A DNA stretch of 64,000 bases from Dicyema japonicum (Eukaryota; Animalia; Dicyemida), in assembly GCA_011109175.1 (NCBI GenBank), contig RDEW01000023.1, positions 531,225 through 595,224 of the forward strand, written 5' to 3'. Of the stretch, positions 63,090-64,000 are shown piece after piece. How positions within the stretch are numbered: position 1 is the stretch's first letter; the number at the start of each line of letters is the position of its first letter. Both the position numbers and the translations under genes were made by a program. The notes beneath the pieces are model-generated. The model was given only the letters and a program-made list of their open reading frames with translations, was not told the origin of the DNA and did not search any database.

Positions 63090-64000
63090 NCCGATCACAA
63101 GTCGACAGCAATCTTCGATAAAATTCAGCTAAAAAAACTGTCCATAGAATAGGCCACATTCCACATTTTTTTCCAAGTACGTATAGATTAACCGAAAGCA
63201 TCAAGTTAACGAGATGAAGGATTCTCCCTGCAGTATAGTCTCATGAATTTTTAATTGTCGGCATTTTAGTGTAATCATATCTTCGATTAGTAAATTAATT
63301 ATTATATTGAGCAACTTTAATGGCTAAGTATTTTACCTTACAAGATAAGACCTCGAAACAATCAGTCCCACGAGATACTAGTATATTTTAACATGTGTAA
63401 CGCCCCAAGCAATGTTTCAACCATTAGCGAATGGGAATATCGTTATCCCTTCGGGGCGTTGCCATCGCAAAGGAAGAAACTAGTTGTGGCCAGCAGAAAA
63501 AGTGCATTTTTTAATGTCAAGTTGTTACCTCGGGGACAGCCATAAATTAGCTTAAAGGATGATAACCATCGATTCAGCGTCCACAAATGAATTTTCATTA
63601 ACACAAAATAAGGTCAAATCGGAGCAAGGTAGCTATTCTCACTGCCTCTTTGTCAGAACGTTGCCAATTTTACCACATTGATAAACATTCAACCAAGCAT
63701 TTGTTGAATAATTTCTAGTCGTCTTGAAGCAGACCTTCTAGCATCATATTGCTCTCAAGGAAATCTTTCTTTTTCAAAAACATATCTTAATGTGATTTCA
63801 GATTAATTCGGTCATTTAGATCATTATGGAAATGTCCTCCTAAACGTCCAGAGATCCTGAAATAAGAGAAGTGGTAAAGTCAGAATAAACTTATGACATC
63901 CACATTTGTTGCGAATAATATTAAGGATACTAATAGCATCTATAGTCATCAAATGTATATTTAAAATTACTTTAACAGTTGACCTAATTTTACTGTCAAG

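Noticed and set aside
63365-63435. GTCCCA...GCGAATGGGA, resembling HDV P2 and J4/2
   Set aside because: No P1, P3 or P1.1 could be built; single copy; likely chance.
1-64000. CRISPR arrays, rRNA genes, telomeric arrays
   Set aside because: No regularly spaced repeat-spacer units, rRNA motifs or extended telomeric tracts were seen.

Overview
AT-rich eukaryotic (animal-like) draft scaffold in the standard genetic code, with dense ultra-short GT-AG introns (mostly 22-27 nt). That intron size plus a motile-cilium gene suggests a dicyemid-like mesozoan; this is inference, not verified. Apparently intact host genes: an intronless LRR single-pass receptor, an NWD1/2-like DUF4062-NACHT-WD40 gene, RCE1, MICU1, TRIAP1/MDM35, a CDK1/2-like kinase with an atypical HPTTLRE helix, GGT and CFAP157. 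From about 50 kb onward three intron-containing genes look disabled (PBRM1-like, RMI1-like, LRR-ROC/Roco). Much of the rest is transposon debris: RTE, CRE-type and R4-like non-LTR relics, hAT and Tigger-like DNA transposons, and two short interspersed families. The most interesting signal is a possible retroelement system resembling trypanosomatid L1Tc/Ingi-RIME. It consists of single-ORF APE-RT LINEs with an N-terminal 2A-like peptide and a ~300-bp dispersed partner made of LINE-like 5' and 3' ends, which carries a covarying HDV-ribozyme-like fold. All alignments and folds were done by eye, and most TE boundaries are approximate. Several duplications flanking N positions are probably assembly artefacts.
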